A stretch of DNA of 29,420 nt, from the IMG/VR virus record IMGVR_UViG_3300037755_000739, positions 1 through 29,420 of that record; one strand, 5' to 3'. The position numbers and the translations under genes were made by a program. The stretch comes from a virus (lineage: Duplodnaviria; Caudoviricetes). Shown here piece after piece: positions 14,410-23,177 of this stretch (its first letter is position 1; each line of letters opens with the position of its first letter). Under the pieces are notes generated by a model that saw nothing but the letters and a program-made list of their open reading frames with translations, searched no databases and was not told where the DNA came from.

Positions 14410-15453
14410 TCAATAAATCCTCTCGCCACTGTCGGCGGCAAACCCCGGCAGTCCCTGCAACGTCGCCATCAGCCGCCAGAGGTCGTTGGAGTGGATGTTG
14501 TTCAGTGACGTGGCGTAGTCCACCTCGTCGCCGCGCTGGCCGGCCTCGATGCCGAGGGCCTGGGCTAGAGCGCTCAAGACCGCCCGCTCGTAGTCCACGT
14601 CCTGACCCCGCTGCCCGAGCCGGAAATCCGCATCCTGCCCGCGCTGCTGGACGTCCTGCCCGCGCGCGCCAAGCGAATAGTCCATGTCGTCGCGGCGCAT
14701 GGTGACGTCTTGTCCGCGTCCGGTCACCAGCGCATTCAGTTGCTCCGCCAGCCAGTCGATGTCCTGCCCGCGCGTCGTCGTCGACGCGCCCAGTTCGCCG
14801 AGATATTTCTGCAGCCCCTGGCGGCCGCCCTCGGTGAGAAGGCCGATGTCCTGCCCGCGGCGCTGCAGGGTCTGCGCCAGTTGGGCCAGGCGATATTGGG
14901 CGTTCTGATCCTTGGCCCCCAGCTCGGACGCCGTCCGCGCCGCGGCCCCTGCGGCCCCGGCGTTGGCCCGGATGTCGGTGGCTCGCTCGGCCAGCCCCCC
15001 GATGGCCCCGGTGCCCGCCAGCCGCTGCTCCAGATCCCACAGCGCGTCGTCGGCGTTCCCCGTAATCTCGTTGATCGACCGGTTGGCCATCTGGTTGGTG
15101 TCGGCGGCCGACCACAACGGCTCTGGCTCGGCGTATTCCGGCAGCCCCGCCGCGAAATTGGTAAACGGATTCTGGGGCGTCCGGCCCCCGGCCCCCCCGG
15201 ACCTCATGGCGGTCCGCGGCAGCGCCGGCGGCGGTCGCTGCGACAGGTACGGATTACTGCTCACCGGCGTCGTGTAGCTCACGGGCGGCGCGTTCGGCTG
15301 AACCGTCGGCGCCTGCGGCGGCGCCGGCGGCTTCGAGCCCAGGACCGTCGCTCGATCGACCGGCGCTCCCCGCTTTGGCTTGACGGGTGCGGTCCCCTGG
15401 GCGGGGCCCGGGCGCCATCGATTCTGAAACCCGTACTGCAGCGCAACCGCCAT
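14410..15453 (-). CDS. Putative DNA ejection/pilot protein with RGQD repeats
   Basis: Pro-rich N-terminus; six exact RGQD motifs plus two degenerate ones; GAGGT RBS. Confidence 0.75.
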   Translation of the reverse strand: MAVALQYGFQNRWRPGPAQGTAPVKPKRGAPVDRATVLGSKPPAPPQAPTVQPNAPPVSYTTPVSSNPYLSQRPPPALPRTAMRSGGAGGRTPQNPFTNFAAGLPEYAEPEPLWSAADTNQMANRSINEITGNADDALWDLEQRLAGTGAIGGLAERATDIRANAGAAGAAARTASELGAKDQNAQYRLAQLAQTLQRRGQDIGLLTEGGRQGLQKYLGELGASTTTRGQDIDWLAEQLNALVTGRGQDVTMRRDDMDYSLGARGQDVQQRGQDADFRLGQRGQDVDYERAVLSALAQALGIEAGQRGDEVDYATSLNNIHSNDLWRLMATLQGLPGFAADSGERIY

Positions 15454-15457
15454 GTCA

Positions 15458-16150
15458 CTACCTCGAATACGGTCCGCGCCGCAGCATCTGGCGATACGAC
15501 TCGAACAGCGGGTCGGTCGGGTCCTGCGGCGCTGTAAAACCCGGCGGCAACTCGAATTGACTGGTGTCCAGTTGGCCGATCCGCTCTGGCGCCGCCGCCG
15601 CCCCCGCGATCCGCGCCGGTTGCGAGACCCTGGCCGGCCGATTGTTCAGCCGACCCATCAATGGCCCCAGCGACACCCGCGGCGGCAGCGCCGCGCCGCC
15701 GCCGCCGGGCGCCATCACTGAACCGCCGCCGCCTCCGAAGTCGAATTGCCCACCGCCCGGAGTCGCTTCACCACCGCCGCCGGTCAGCAGATCGCTGACC
15801 GCATTGACCCCGAAACTGCGCAGATCGCGCCGCGCACCGCGCTCCGGGAAGGCCCCGGGGTTGGCGTCGCCGTAGCCGATCGAGATCAGGTAGTCGGAGA
15901 AGGGGTTGTCCGGCGGCAGGTTCGTGTTACGCCCGAATATGGCCTGCACCTGGGCATCGAGATCGTTGTACCCAGGGCTACCCGGATGCAGGACCCCGGC
16001 GGCCGCGACGTTGCCCAGTGAGCCGCGGCTCTGCATGACGCTGGCCGGCAGACCGCCGGGGCCGGACCGCGGCAATGGGCTCTGCCCGAATCGATTGCCG
16101 CCCTGCGTCGGATTCCAGCCCGGTTGGTGGGAGTAGCCGAAAAATGCCAT
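15458..16150 (-). CDS. Gly/Pro-rich putative internal virion protein
   Basis: AAGGGG RBS; low-complexity protein; first gene after the tail module. Confidence 0.7.
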   Translation of the reverse strand: MAFFGYSHQPGWNPTQGGNRFGQSPLPRSGPGGLPASVMQSRGSLGNVAAAGVLHPGSPGYNDLDAQVQAIFGRNTNLPPDNPFSDYLISIGYGDANPGAFPERGARRDLRSFGVNAVSDLLTGGGGEATPGGGQFDFGGGGGSVMAPGGGGAALPPRVSLGPLMGRLNNRPARVSQPARIAGAAAAPERIGQLDTSQFELPPGFTAPQDPTDPLFESYRQMLRRGPYSR

Positions 16151-16175
16151 CGCCGACGCCCCTTATGGCTCGCGA

Positions 16176-16700
16176 TCAGGTGAAAACCGGCGACGACTTC
16201 GTCACGCCGTCGACGCGGATCTTCAACTGATTCGTCGTAGCATTGTACCACATGCCGTCATTGGCAGGACTTGCCGGGTCCGACGACAGTGAACGAACAT
16301 GGGTTTCGAATTCCTTGCCCCGTGGGAAAAACACGACCGGCGATCCATCGACCGCGCGGATGGTCATCGTAGCGAAGCCATCAACGGCTCCAATATCATC
16401 GAACCGCGCCTGCCCCGGCACGAAGAGGCTGCCGCCCAGCTGGAAAATCACCAGCGAACTGCCCCCGCCCGTCTCGATCTGCAGCAAAACCAACGTCGTG
16501 TCGCGAATTTGCACCTTGAGTTTGAGGACAGCGTCTTCCTCGATGGCCCACATCGCCCCATTGCCCGGCTCGGTCGGGTCCTGTTCCAGCACCGGAACGC
16601 TGGCGAATGGTCGATCGACCTCCGCCTGGTGCAGTTGCCTCTCGGTCGACCTGCGATCGACTGCTTTGCCGCTTCTCGGGATGCCGCCGCCCTGGCCCAC
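16176..16700 (-). CDS. Small tail-associated protein
   Basis: Follows the nozzle directly; two DPxxPxxxxMW...LK motifs typical of fibre/anchor modules. Confidence 0.65.
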   Translation of the reverse strand: MGQGGGIPRSGKAVDRRSTERQLHQAEVDRPFASVPVLEQDPTEPGNGAMWAIEEDAVLKLKVQIRDTTLVLLQIETGGGSSLVIFQLGGSLFVPGQARFDDIGAVDGFATMTIRAVDGSPVVFFPRGKEFETHVRSLSSDPASPANDGMWYNATTNQLKIRVDGVTKSSPVFT

Positions 16701-19412
16701 TTAGCGCCGCCTTCCGTCAGTCGCCTTGATCGCCAGTCCCCAGGCCGTCAGCCGCCATTCGTCGTCGGCTCGAATCGATCCCGCCCGGAAGCCGATCCAC
16801 CGCCCGCGCGCCGACAGCGGCAGTCGATGCTGGCTGATGCCGCACCGCGCCGTGAACTGCCGCCGGATCAGCCGCTGAAGGTAGCCTGGATTGCCGGGCA
16901 ACTCCGACATTTCGGCGAGCCGCAGTTCGCAGTTCAGGCGGACCTCGCGGCCCGCCCCCCGCATCAGGAAATACCGCGGGCTGATCGTCCTGCCATTGGC
17001 CCCGAAGTGCGACGGGTAAAATTCGACGAACGCGTCCATGCCCTCGATCGCGAAATCCACCGCTGCCCCCGACGTCGGCGGCACCGGCGCCAACCAAAAC
17101 GCTACCACTGCCGTCGTGTCCCCCCCCGACTTCATCACCGCGGTGAAGACGTCGCCGGCCGCGTCGCGCATCGAAATCCGCTGCCCCGCCATGGCCGGCT
17201 GGGCGGCAAACGTGAATCCGTCGGTACGCGTCAGGGTCCACAGTCCGCCCGACTCGTCGATCGTGCCCGCCCCGTTGCGGACTTCGGCTGATTGCGGCGT
17301 TGCCGCGTGAACCTGGTTTTCGTGCGAGTCGGACGTCGGTGTGGCCCAGACGCAACCGTTCGCATCCCCCAGGATCACCCGCTGCACATTCTGCTCGCTC
17401 GCCGACTGGTCGATGGAATTGATGAAACACGCGGCGGTGGCGTGGATGACGTCGCGGCGCCACGATGGCGGGCCCTCGCCCTCCAGCGATCGGTAGTCCA
17501 GCACCAGCCGGGTGTCGATGGTGGTCGAGCCCTTGCGCTTGACGAACAGCCATAACTCATCGTTCGGCCAGTAATCGACCGCGAAGAATCGTGACGCCTG
17601 GCCCCAGGCGCTGTCGCCGACGCCGCCGCTGGAGAGAGTTGCCTGGTAAAAGTCGCCGGTTCCCTGCACCTCCTCCCAGTCGTAACTGGCGGCAGGCGAG
17701 ACCTCATTGGCCTGCACGTCGATGAAATATTGCTCGTCCTCGACGAGTTCCTCGAACAGCGGAAAAACCTTGACCGTCACCTGTTGGCCCGGCGCGATGG
17801 GCAGGCCGCCGGCCGGGAACGGCTGATCATCGACCACAAAACGATTTGGGTCGCTGCTGGAGTCCAGGACCAGGTCCACGCCGGCGTCGTCGGGGTCCGG
17901 CGTGGGCTTGGTCTCGTCGTGCACGTTAAATGCGACACGGAAGTGGAACAGCTCGGTCAGGACATCGTTGTTGGTGAAGGTGAACACCACCTCGGTGAGG
18001 ATCTGCGGCACGGTGTCGCCGGGCACACTGGTGATCTGGCCCGGCTGGAATTCCAGCTCCTTGATGATCGGCTCGATCGGCAGCGAGACGAAGCGTGGGA
18101 ACTCGCCGTTGAAGGCCACGACGCCCGTGGTCGAGAGCCAATACGCGACCCCCTCGATCTCCACGATGGTGGCCTGACTCACCGGGGCCCAAGCCCCCTC
18201 GTTGACCAGCGGGACCGCGCGATAGACGGTCTCGGGGCGGTTGTCGGCCAGCTCGTAGATGGCTCCGTTGGATTTGCAGACGAATACCCTGTTGTAGAGC
18301 CGAAACATGGCCACTATCTGGCCACCGTCGTTGGCTCCCACCTGCACCACGTTGAACACCGGATCGACGTTGAACGGGGCATTGGGCTCGGAGTAATAGA
18401 CGATGTTCAGGTCGATCGGATAGTCGGTCTTGGCCGCGTACAGCAGACGGTCCAGGTGGGCGATGCAGAAACGAGTTGACGGCACCCGTCCATGGCGCCG
18501 CGGCAGGACGATGTGGCTCAAGCGATCGTCCGGCGTGAAATCAAAGATCGTCGTCGTGCTGCCCTGTCCGGGATTCGCGACCTCCTGCAACTTGCGAAAC
18601 ACGTCACCGCCGTCGGTCGTTCGCCAGATCACAATCTGATCGAAGACCAGCTTGTCGTCGGCTCCGTTCAGCACCAGCTGGATCTTCTTGCCGGTGCCGT
18701 CGGGCCCGCTGTCGACCGCGTCGCTGAATTTGCTGGTCGCTGCGGTCTTCGAGCTCATGTAGCTGATGCGGTAGCGGTAGCCGGTGTTGGCGTACATCGG
18801 TGGGGCGCTGCCGACCGCGACCCAGGACACGTCGGCCGACTCCAGCAGCGGCTTGGCGTCGTCGTTGGTATTGCCCGTCGAGACCACGGTGTCGATGAAC
18901 GTGGCCGCGTCCTTGTCCACTACGATGTTGCGATTCTGGTAGCGGCTCCCGGTGGCGATGAACAGTTGGCCGTCCAGTGGGACCGCGTCCGGGATCCGCG
19001 TGCCATCGATCTTGAAGTCCTCGGTGGCCCGCAGGTCCGAGAGCCCGGTGTCGAACCCCGGCGCGATGTGGGTCAGGTCGGCCGAATAGACCTTGGCGAC
19101 CGCGTCGCCATCCCCATCCACGCCGTTGCGGACGACGGCGTAAGCGCGGCGGAACTTCTCGTCCTCGACGATGCGCAGGACTTCCGCCGAGCCGTCGAAG
19201 TTGTTGTTACCCAGCGGATTGGATGGGTGCCCGCCGTTGGGGTCACTGTCGAAGTCGGCGAGGGTGCGGCTTCCGGCCCGCGGCCCGACCGATCCGTAGG
19301 GCCGGCTCCAGTCGACGTTGGCGGCGTCGGCCAGCGTGCCCGGCGGCGCCTGCTCGGGGTCCAGGCGGCGATGGATCCCGCGCACGAACTCGATCCACGC
19401 CTCTTCGATCAT
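16701..19412 (-). CDS. Tail nozzle / DNA stabilization protein (P22 gp10 / T7 gp12-like)
   Basis: 903 aa, beta-rich, directly after the adaptor (TGATG overlap); propeller-like segments (VYYSEPNAP..GGQIVAM..VAYWLSTTGVVAFNG..VSLPIE), C-terminal RGRWIGFR. Confidence 0.75.
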   Translation of the reverse strand: MIEEAWIEFVRGIHRRLDPEQAPPGTLADAANVDWSRPYGSVGPRAGSRTLADFDSDPNGGHPSNPLGNNNFDGSAEVLRIVEDEKFRRAYAVVRNGVDGDGDAVAKVYSADLTHIAPGFDTGLSDLRATEDFKIDGTRIPDAVPLDGQLFIATGSRYQNRNIVVDKDAATFIDTVVSTGNTNDDAKPLLESADVSWVAVGSAPPMYANTGYRYRISYMSSKTAATSKFSDAVDSGPDGTGKKIQLVLNGADDKLVFDQIVIWRTTDGGDVFRKLQEVANPGQGSTTTIFDFTPDDRLSHIVLPRRHGRVPSTRFCIAHLDRLLYAAKTDYPIDLNIVYYSEPNAPFNVDPVFNVVQVGANDGGQIVAMFRLYNRVFVCKSNGAIYELADNRPETVYRAVPLVNEGAWAPVSQATIVEIEGVAYWLSTTGVVAFNGEFPRFVSLPIEPIIKELEFQPGQITSVPGDTVPQILTEVVFTFTNNDVLTELFHFRVAFNVHDETKPTPDPDDAGVDLVLDSSSDPNRFVVDDQPFPAGGLPIAPGQQVTVKVFPLFEELVEDEQYFIDVQANEVSPAASYDWEEVQGTGDFYQATLSSGGVGDSAWGQASRFFAVDYWPNDELWLFVKRKGSTTIDTRLVLDYRSLEGEGPPSWRRDVIHATAACFINSIDQSASEQNVQRVILGDANGCVWATPTSDSHENQVHAATPQSAEVRNGAGTIDESGGLWTLTRTDGFTFAAQPAMAGQRISMRDAAGDVFTAVMKSGGDTTAVVAFWLAPVPPTSGAAVDFAIEGMDAFVEFYPSHFGANGRTISPRYFLMRGAGREVRLNCELRLAEMSELPGNPGYLQRLIRRQFTARCGISQHRLPLSARGRWIGFRAGSIRADDEWRLTAWGLAIKATDGRRR

Positions 19413-20146
19413 CAGCTGCCACCCGTGACGTTGATCAGTGTCAGCCGCTGGGCCGCCGGCCAGTCCTCTGCGATCCGTCGCTGATCGTCCAGACTGCGCA
19501 GTTTGAGTCTGCCGGCATCGCGCTGCGGATCACCGTACTGCGCCCAATCCCGGGCCAGCATCGATAGGAACTTGCCCTTCTGCGATCCGGTCGCCGCCGC
19601 GTCGCGCTGCTCCTCCGCTTCGCCGAGGCAGCCGATGATCAGGGTCTCGTGCATCTGGCCCGGGAGCTTCGGCCGCTCGTCGAGGTTCACCAACTCCAAC
19701 AGCCGTCGCTCGTAGGGAATGACCAGGGTGAGTTGCTCCTGCGGCGTCGGCCACAGCTCCATCTTCCACAGGTCTTCGTTCGGCTCGTAGTTGTGCTGGT
19801 AGTAGGTCGGCCGGGTCCCCTGGCTGCCGTAGGCCCGCAGTGCCGTCATTTGGTCCGGGGCCACCAGCTCCGGGTAATACCATATCCCGTCGCTGTAGCG
19901 CGGCTTGTTGCCGATCTGCCACGCCACAAAGTCGTCGGGTAGATAGACGTAGTCCTGGCCGGCGACGGTCTGTACGTTGGCTTGGGTCATCAGCCATCGC
20001 CACATGCCGTATTTGGCGACTGTCTGATACGCCGTGTTGATGTAGCCCAGGAACTCCGACAGGGTCGGGGCATCGGAAATCACGTCGCTGTATTCCAGCG
20101 ACAGGAAGCGGCTCATCCGCTCCAGAATGGTCTGAACCGTGGCCAT
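19412..20146 (-). CDS. Head-tail adaptor (P22 gp4 / T7 gp11-like)
   Basis: YINTAYQ..WRWL..TVAGQDYVYLPDDF..GTRPTYY..LWPTP..P.LPGQMHETL pattern; GGAAGG RBS; synteny. Confidence 0.8.
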   Translation of the reverse strand: MATVQTILERMSRFLSLEYSDVISDAPTLSEFLGYINTAYQTVAKYGMWRWLMTQANVQTVAGQDYVYLPDDFVAWQIGNKPRYSDGIWYYPELVAPDQMTALRAYGSQGTRPTYYQHNYEPNEDLWKMELWPTPQEQLTLVIPYERRLLELVNLDERPKLPGQMHETLIIGCLGEAEEQRDAAATGSQKGKFLSMLARDWAQYGDPQRDAGRLKLRSLDDQRRIAEDWPAAQRLTLINVTGGS

Positions 20147-20234
20147 CGCGCCGCCTTCCGCGCCGGCCCGACGGCGCGGCCGCGGCTTAGGGGAAAATCA
20201 GCCGCTGCCGCCGCGCGTCGGTACGCATCGAGGA

Positions 20235-21161
20235 CTAGAACCAGCAGACCTCGACCTGCACCTGGAGGCCGGTGCCGTCCCAAGTGGCGGTGTCGTCGAG
20301 GATCGCCGTGACCTTGCTGCCGGGAACCAGCAGGTCCGCGGCCGGGTTGATGGTGCCGTAGCTGCCGGCCGTCCCGACGTCGGCCGCCGCGGTGTTGACC
20401 AGCGTATGGATCGCCGCCGCCGGCGCCCCGGCGCTGTCAATGATCGGCAGCACCGAGAAGATCGACGTGGCCCCGATCTTGACGTCCAGCTGCATCTTGC
20501 CGGTGCTCGGCGTGTTGGCCACGCCCAGGCCGGCCCGGACGATGTTGCCGTGGCCGTTGGCCACCAACAGCGTCGTCGTGTGGTTGGTGAGAGCGACGCC
20601 GTCTCCGGGCGTCCAGATAAACGTCTCGGTCTTCGGCTGGGACCCCGGCGGGAACAGAAACACGTTCACCAGGGCCTCGGTCGAGGCCGCGATGGTCTGG
20701 GCCTTGGTGACGTAGGCCACCGGGCAGGCCCCGCCACGGGTGACGATGCCCACCGATCCGCCGGCCGCCACCGCCTGGTACTGCGGCACCAGGTAGGACT
20801 CCCCCAGCTTGACCTGGAGGAAGTCGCCGACCGCCAATGAGATCGACTGCCCGGCGTTCTCGTTCTTGACCTTCACCTGGCACGGCCCGCCGTAGAAGTA
20901 GCGCCGGAAATCGCCAGCTGCAAACGCGGTCTCAACCGCGCCGGCCCGGAACGGGCCGTTGGCCTCGGACGGCTGGGCCAGAAAATGATGCACCGCCATC
21001 TCGTCGGTGATGAGGATCCCGCGCGATGTGGTGGCGCCGGCGATCTCCGCCACGTCCTTGTGCAGGATGGCGCCGATGGCCTGGGCCGCGTTGTCAGCCG
21101 AGCCGGACTCGAAGATCCGGCTCGGGCTGCCGATGGCCGCCGCGTGATGCGAAGATGGCAT
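20235..21161 (-). CDS. Capsid decoration/structural protein, two-domain
   Basis: G/A/T/V-rich and beta-like; second gene after the capsid gene; start placed at the ATG downstream of GGGGG. Confidence 0.6.
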   Translation of the reverse strand: MPSSHHAAAIGSPSRIFESGSADNAAQAIGAILHKDVAEIAGATTSRGILITDEMAVHHFLAQPSEANGPFRAGAVETAFAAGDFRRYFYGGPCQVKVKNENAGQSISLAVGDFLQVKLGESYLVPQYQAVAAGGSVGIVTRGGACPVAYVTKAQTIAASTEALVNVFLFPPGSQPKTETFIWTPGDGVALTNHTTTLLVANGHGNIVRAGLGVANTPSTGKMQLDVKIGATSIFSVLPIIDSAGAPAAAIHTLVNTAAADVGTAGSYGTINPAADLLVPGSKVTAILDDTATWDGTGLQVQVEVCWF

Positions 21162-21201
21162 GATCATGCCCCCAGTGGAAATAGACCGCCCGGCGCAGAC
21201 G

Positions 21202-21219
21202 ATGGGTCGATCGACCCAT
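21202..21219. repeat. Perfect 18-bp palindrome ATGGGTCGATCGACCCAT
   Basis: Self-complementary, intergenic; a second hairpin CCCGCC-ACAA-GGCGGG lies at 21233-21248. Confidence 0.8.
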
Positions 21220-21286
21220 ATGCTCAATCCATCCCGCCACAAGGCGGGCCAGCATCGCCACGTCGGGACCGTCTCGTTGTCTGCCG

Positions 21287-21784
21287 CTACCGGCCGCTGT
21301 CGTTGGGCCGGATGAACACCCGCTTGCCAGTGTGAAACTGCCCGTTGCCGCTGGTGATCGCCGCGTCCAGGTAGATCGCCAGCGGGCTCATGCCCAGAAA
21401 CGAGCCCAGCACCAGGCCGCCGGCGCTGCCGGCCTCGTCGTCCGTGTGCAGCTCATCGCCGGGGTTGATGTCGCCGCTGATGCGATAAATCCGGGCCGCG
21501 TTGTGGTAGCCGTAGGTCTGGGCCAGGAACACCCCGTCGACCGGGATCAATGGCTGCCCCTCGGCTACCAGGCCTATCATCCTGCCGGACGTCGTCTCTT
21601 CGACCAGCTTGGCCGGTATCGGACCCCCATCGTGGTCGGCGGCGACGCCGGACATCTGCACCGCCGCCCCCACCGGCAGGGCCGCCGAGTGCTTGTTGCG
21701 ACACCAGACGAACTTTTTGCCCGGTCCCTCGGCGCCGCTGCTGGGCACGACGCCCGGTAGCGGTGGCCATCCTTGATTGAGCAT
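21287..21784 (-). CDS. Capsid cement/decoration protein (DUF2190-like)
   Basis: Strong AAGGAG RBS; IGLVAEG..IPVDGVFLAQTYG..DINPGDEL pattern; immediately after the capsid gene. Confidence 0.65.
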   Translation of the reverse strand: MLNQGWPPLPGVVPSSGAEGPGKKFVWCRNKHSAALPVGAAVQMSGVAADHDGGPIPAKLVEETTSGRMIGLVAEGQPLIPVDGVFLAQTYGYHNAARIYRISGDINPGDELHTDDEAGSAGGLVLGSFLGMSPLAIYLDAAITSGNGQFHTGKRVFIRPNDSGR

Positions 21785-21830
21785 ATGTGAAACACTCCTT
21801 CACATCACTACTTCAGAGCGCTGATCCGCG

Positions 21831-21858
21831 CCCCCGGGCCCGCTGCCGGGCCAGGGGG
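21831..21858 (-). promoter_or_regulatory. GC-rich hairpin downstream of the capsid gene
   Basis: GGCCCG/CGGGCC core with a 4-nt loop and outer C/G runs; no U-tract, so not called a terminator. Confidence 0.45.
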
Positions 21859-21874
21859 TCGGCGTCACTCACGA

Positions 21875-23071
21875 TCAGGCGGCGATCGCGCCGCCAAACC
21901 CCCAGAGCACGCATTGCCGCTGCCGGCTGTTGCAGGCCGTCGTCATCAGGTGCCTGATCAACTGCACAGCGACCTGCTGCTTGAAGTCAAACTCCACGGG
22001 CTTGCGCTGCGGAAACGCCTTTTCGTGGCCGATGACCATCAGGTTTCGGCAGTTGTTCATGAACACCTCGCCGGTGTTCGGGTAATCGCCGGCGGCGAAC
22101 GTGCCGCGGCCGCTCGGCGTGGCGACGCTGCGCACGTAGGGCGGCAGGCCGCCGGCGCCGACGCCCAGGTCCTCGACGAAGTCGATAGACACGCCGCGGA
22201 ACGTCGGATCGGGCTTATCCAGTTCCTTGGAGGCGAGGTTGTCGCGCCCGTGAGCCAGGGCGTCCTGAGTTTGCTCCAGCACGTCGTAGGCGATCTCGTC
22301 GGCGTAGATCTTCTGCTCCATCAGGGCCAGTTTCTTGTCGTCCAGGGCCATCTTCGCCTGATTCGGGGACATGAACCTGATGTAGCGGTTGGCCTTCTTC
22401 ATGAACCGCCGCAGCAGGTTCCCGTTGGCCAGCGTCTCGGCCGAATTGTGGCTGAAATCCGGCGTCAGGTTATGCCCGTGCGGCCCGACGTAGCGATTGA
22501 GCCAGCGCGGATCGGTGTCGACGTTGATCCCGGCGACGCTGGGGCTCCCGTCGACGTGGTAGCCGTCGCGGGTGATCCAGTATTTCTGGCCCGGGAACGG
22601 GGCCCGTGGCTGGCCCAACTTGTCGGCGTTGCCGACGGCGTTCCACCAGAATTCCTCGAAGTCGTTGGCCGCCTCGGTCATGCCGGCCTCCTGCCGGACC
22701 TCGGCCAGTCCGAAGATCTTGGTCATCCTGTCGGCGCCGTTCAGCAGGGCCTCGATGTCCTCGATGTTCCATAACCATTCGTAGACCGACCAGTCCACCT
22801 CCCCCGCGACGGTGTGCTGCGTCTCACGCACTTCGCGGACGTCGTAGGGGGCCACGAAGCCCTTCACCACGCCCTTTCGCAACAGGGTGTGGATGACGAC
22901 CTTCTGACCGCCCTGTACGAGTTTGCGCTTGTGGCGCATGAGGTCGGCGAAGTGGTAGGTCTGGCGGATGATCTCGTTGGTCATCCCCAGGCCGTCCTTG
23001 CCGAACTTCTGCGCGAAATACAGCGCCAGTGTGCCCTCGATGAAGTCCAGATTGGCCTGAAGAATGCTCAT
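21875..23071 (-). CDS. Major capsid protein (HK97 fold)
   Basis: 398 aa; follows the scaffold; GGQKVVI, E..LNG, VAGIN...DPRW.N, TFRGVSI and C-terminal CNSRQRQ are typical of this podovirus capsid class; GAGG RBS. Confidence 0.85.
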   Translation of the reverse strand: MSILQANLDFIEGTLALYFAQKFGKDGLGMTNEIIRQTYHFADLMRHKRKLVQGGQKVVIHTLLRKGVVKGFVAPYDVREVRETQHTVAGEVDWSVYEWLWNIEDIEALLNGADRMTKIFGLAEVRQEAGMTEAANDFEEFWWNAVGNADKLGQPRAPFPGQKYWITRDGYHVDGSPSVAGINVDTDPRWLNRYVGPHGHNLTPDFSHNSAETLANGNLLRRFMKKANRYIRFMSPNQAKMALDDKKLALMEQKIYADEIAYDVLEQTQDALAHGRDNLASKELDKPDPTFRGVSIDFVEDLGVGAGGLPPYVRSVATPSGRGTFAAGDYPNTGEVFMNNCRNLMVIGHEKAFPQRKPVEFDFKQQVAVQLIRHLMTTACNSRQRQCVLWGFGGAIAA

Positions 23072-23091
23072 GTTCGCTGCCCTCGAAAGAT

Positions 23092-23172
23092 CGGTCCGCT
23101 TGCGCGGACCGCGCCTATCGGTCGAAAATCACGTCACCATGTCGATCGCGCGGCGTAGCGTGATCCTCACGC
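23092..23172 (-). promoter_or_regulatory. Structured leader between scaffold and capsid genes
   Basis: Minus strand CGGUCCGC-GCAA-GCGGACCG (8-bp stem, GNRA loop, 23092-23111) and GCGUGA-GGA-UCACGC (23158-23172). Confidence 0.6.
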
Positions 23173-23177
23173 GAACG

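Noticed and set aside
13176-14865. Repeats as a possible CRISPR array or DGR template/variable pair
   Set aside because: Repeats are in-frame coding, with no spacers, no adenine-specific mismatches and no reverse transcriptase or cas gene in the window
20170-20220. Imperfect GC hairpin before the adaptor gene as an intrinsic terminator
   Set aside because: No U-tract on the coding strand, and imperfect stems arise easily at this GC content
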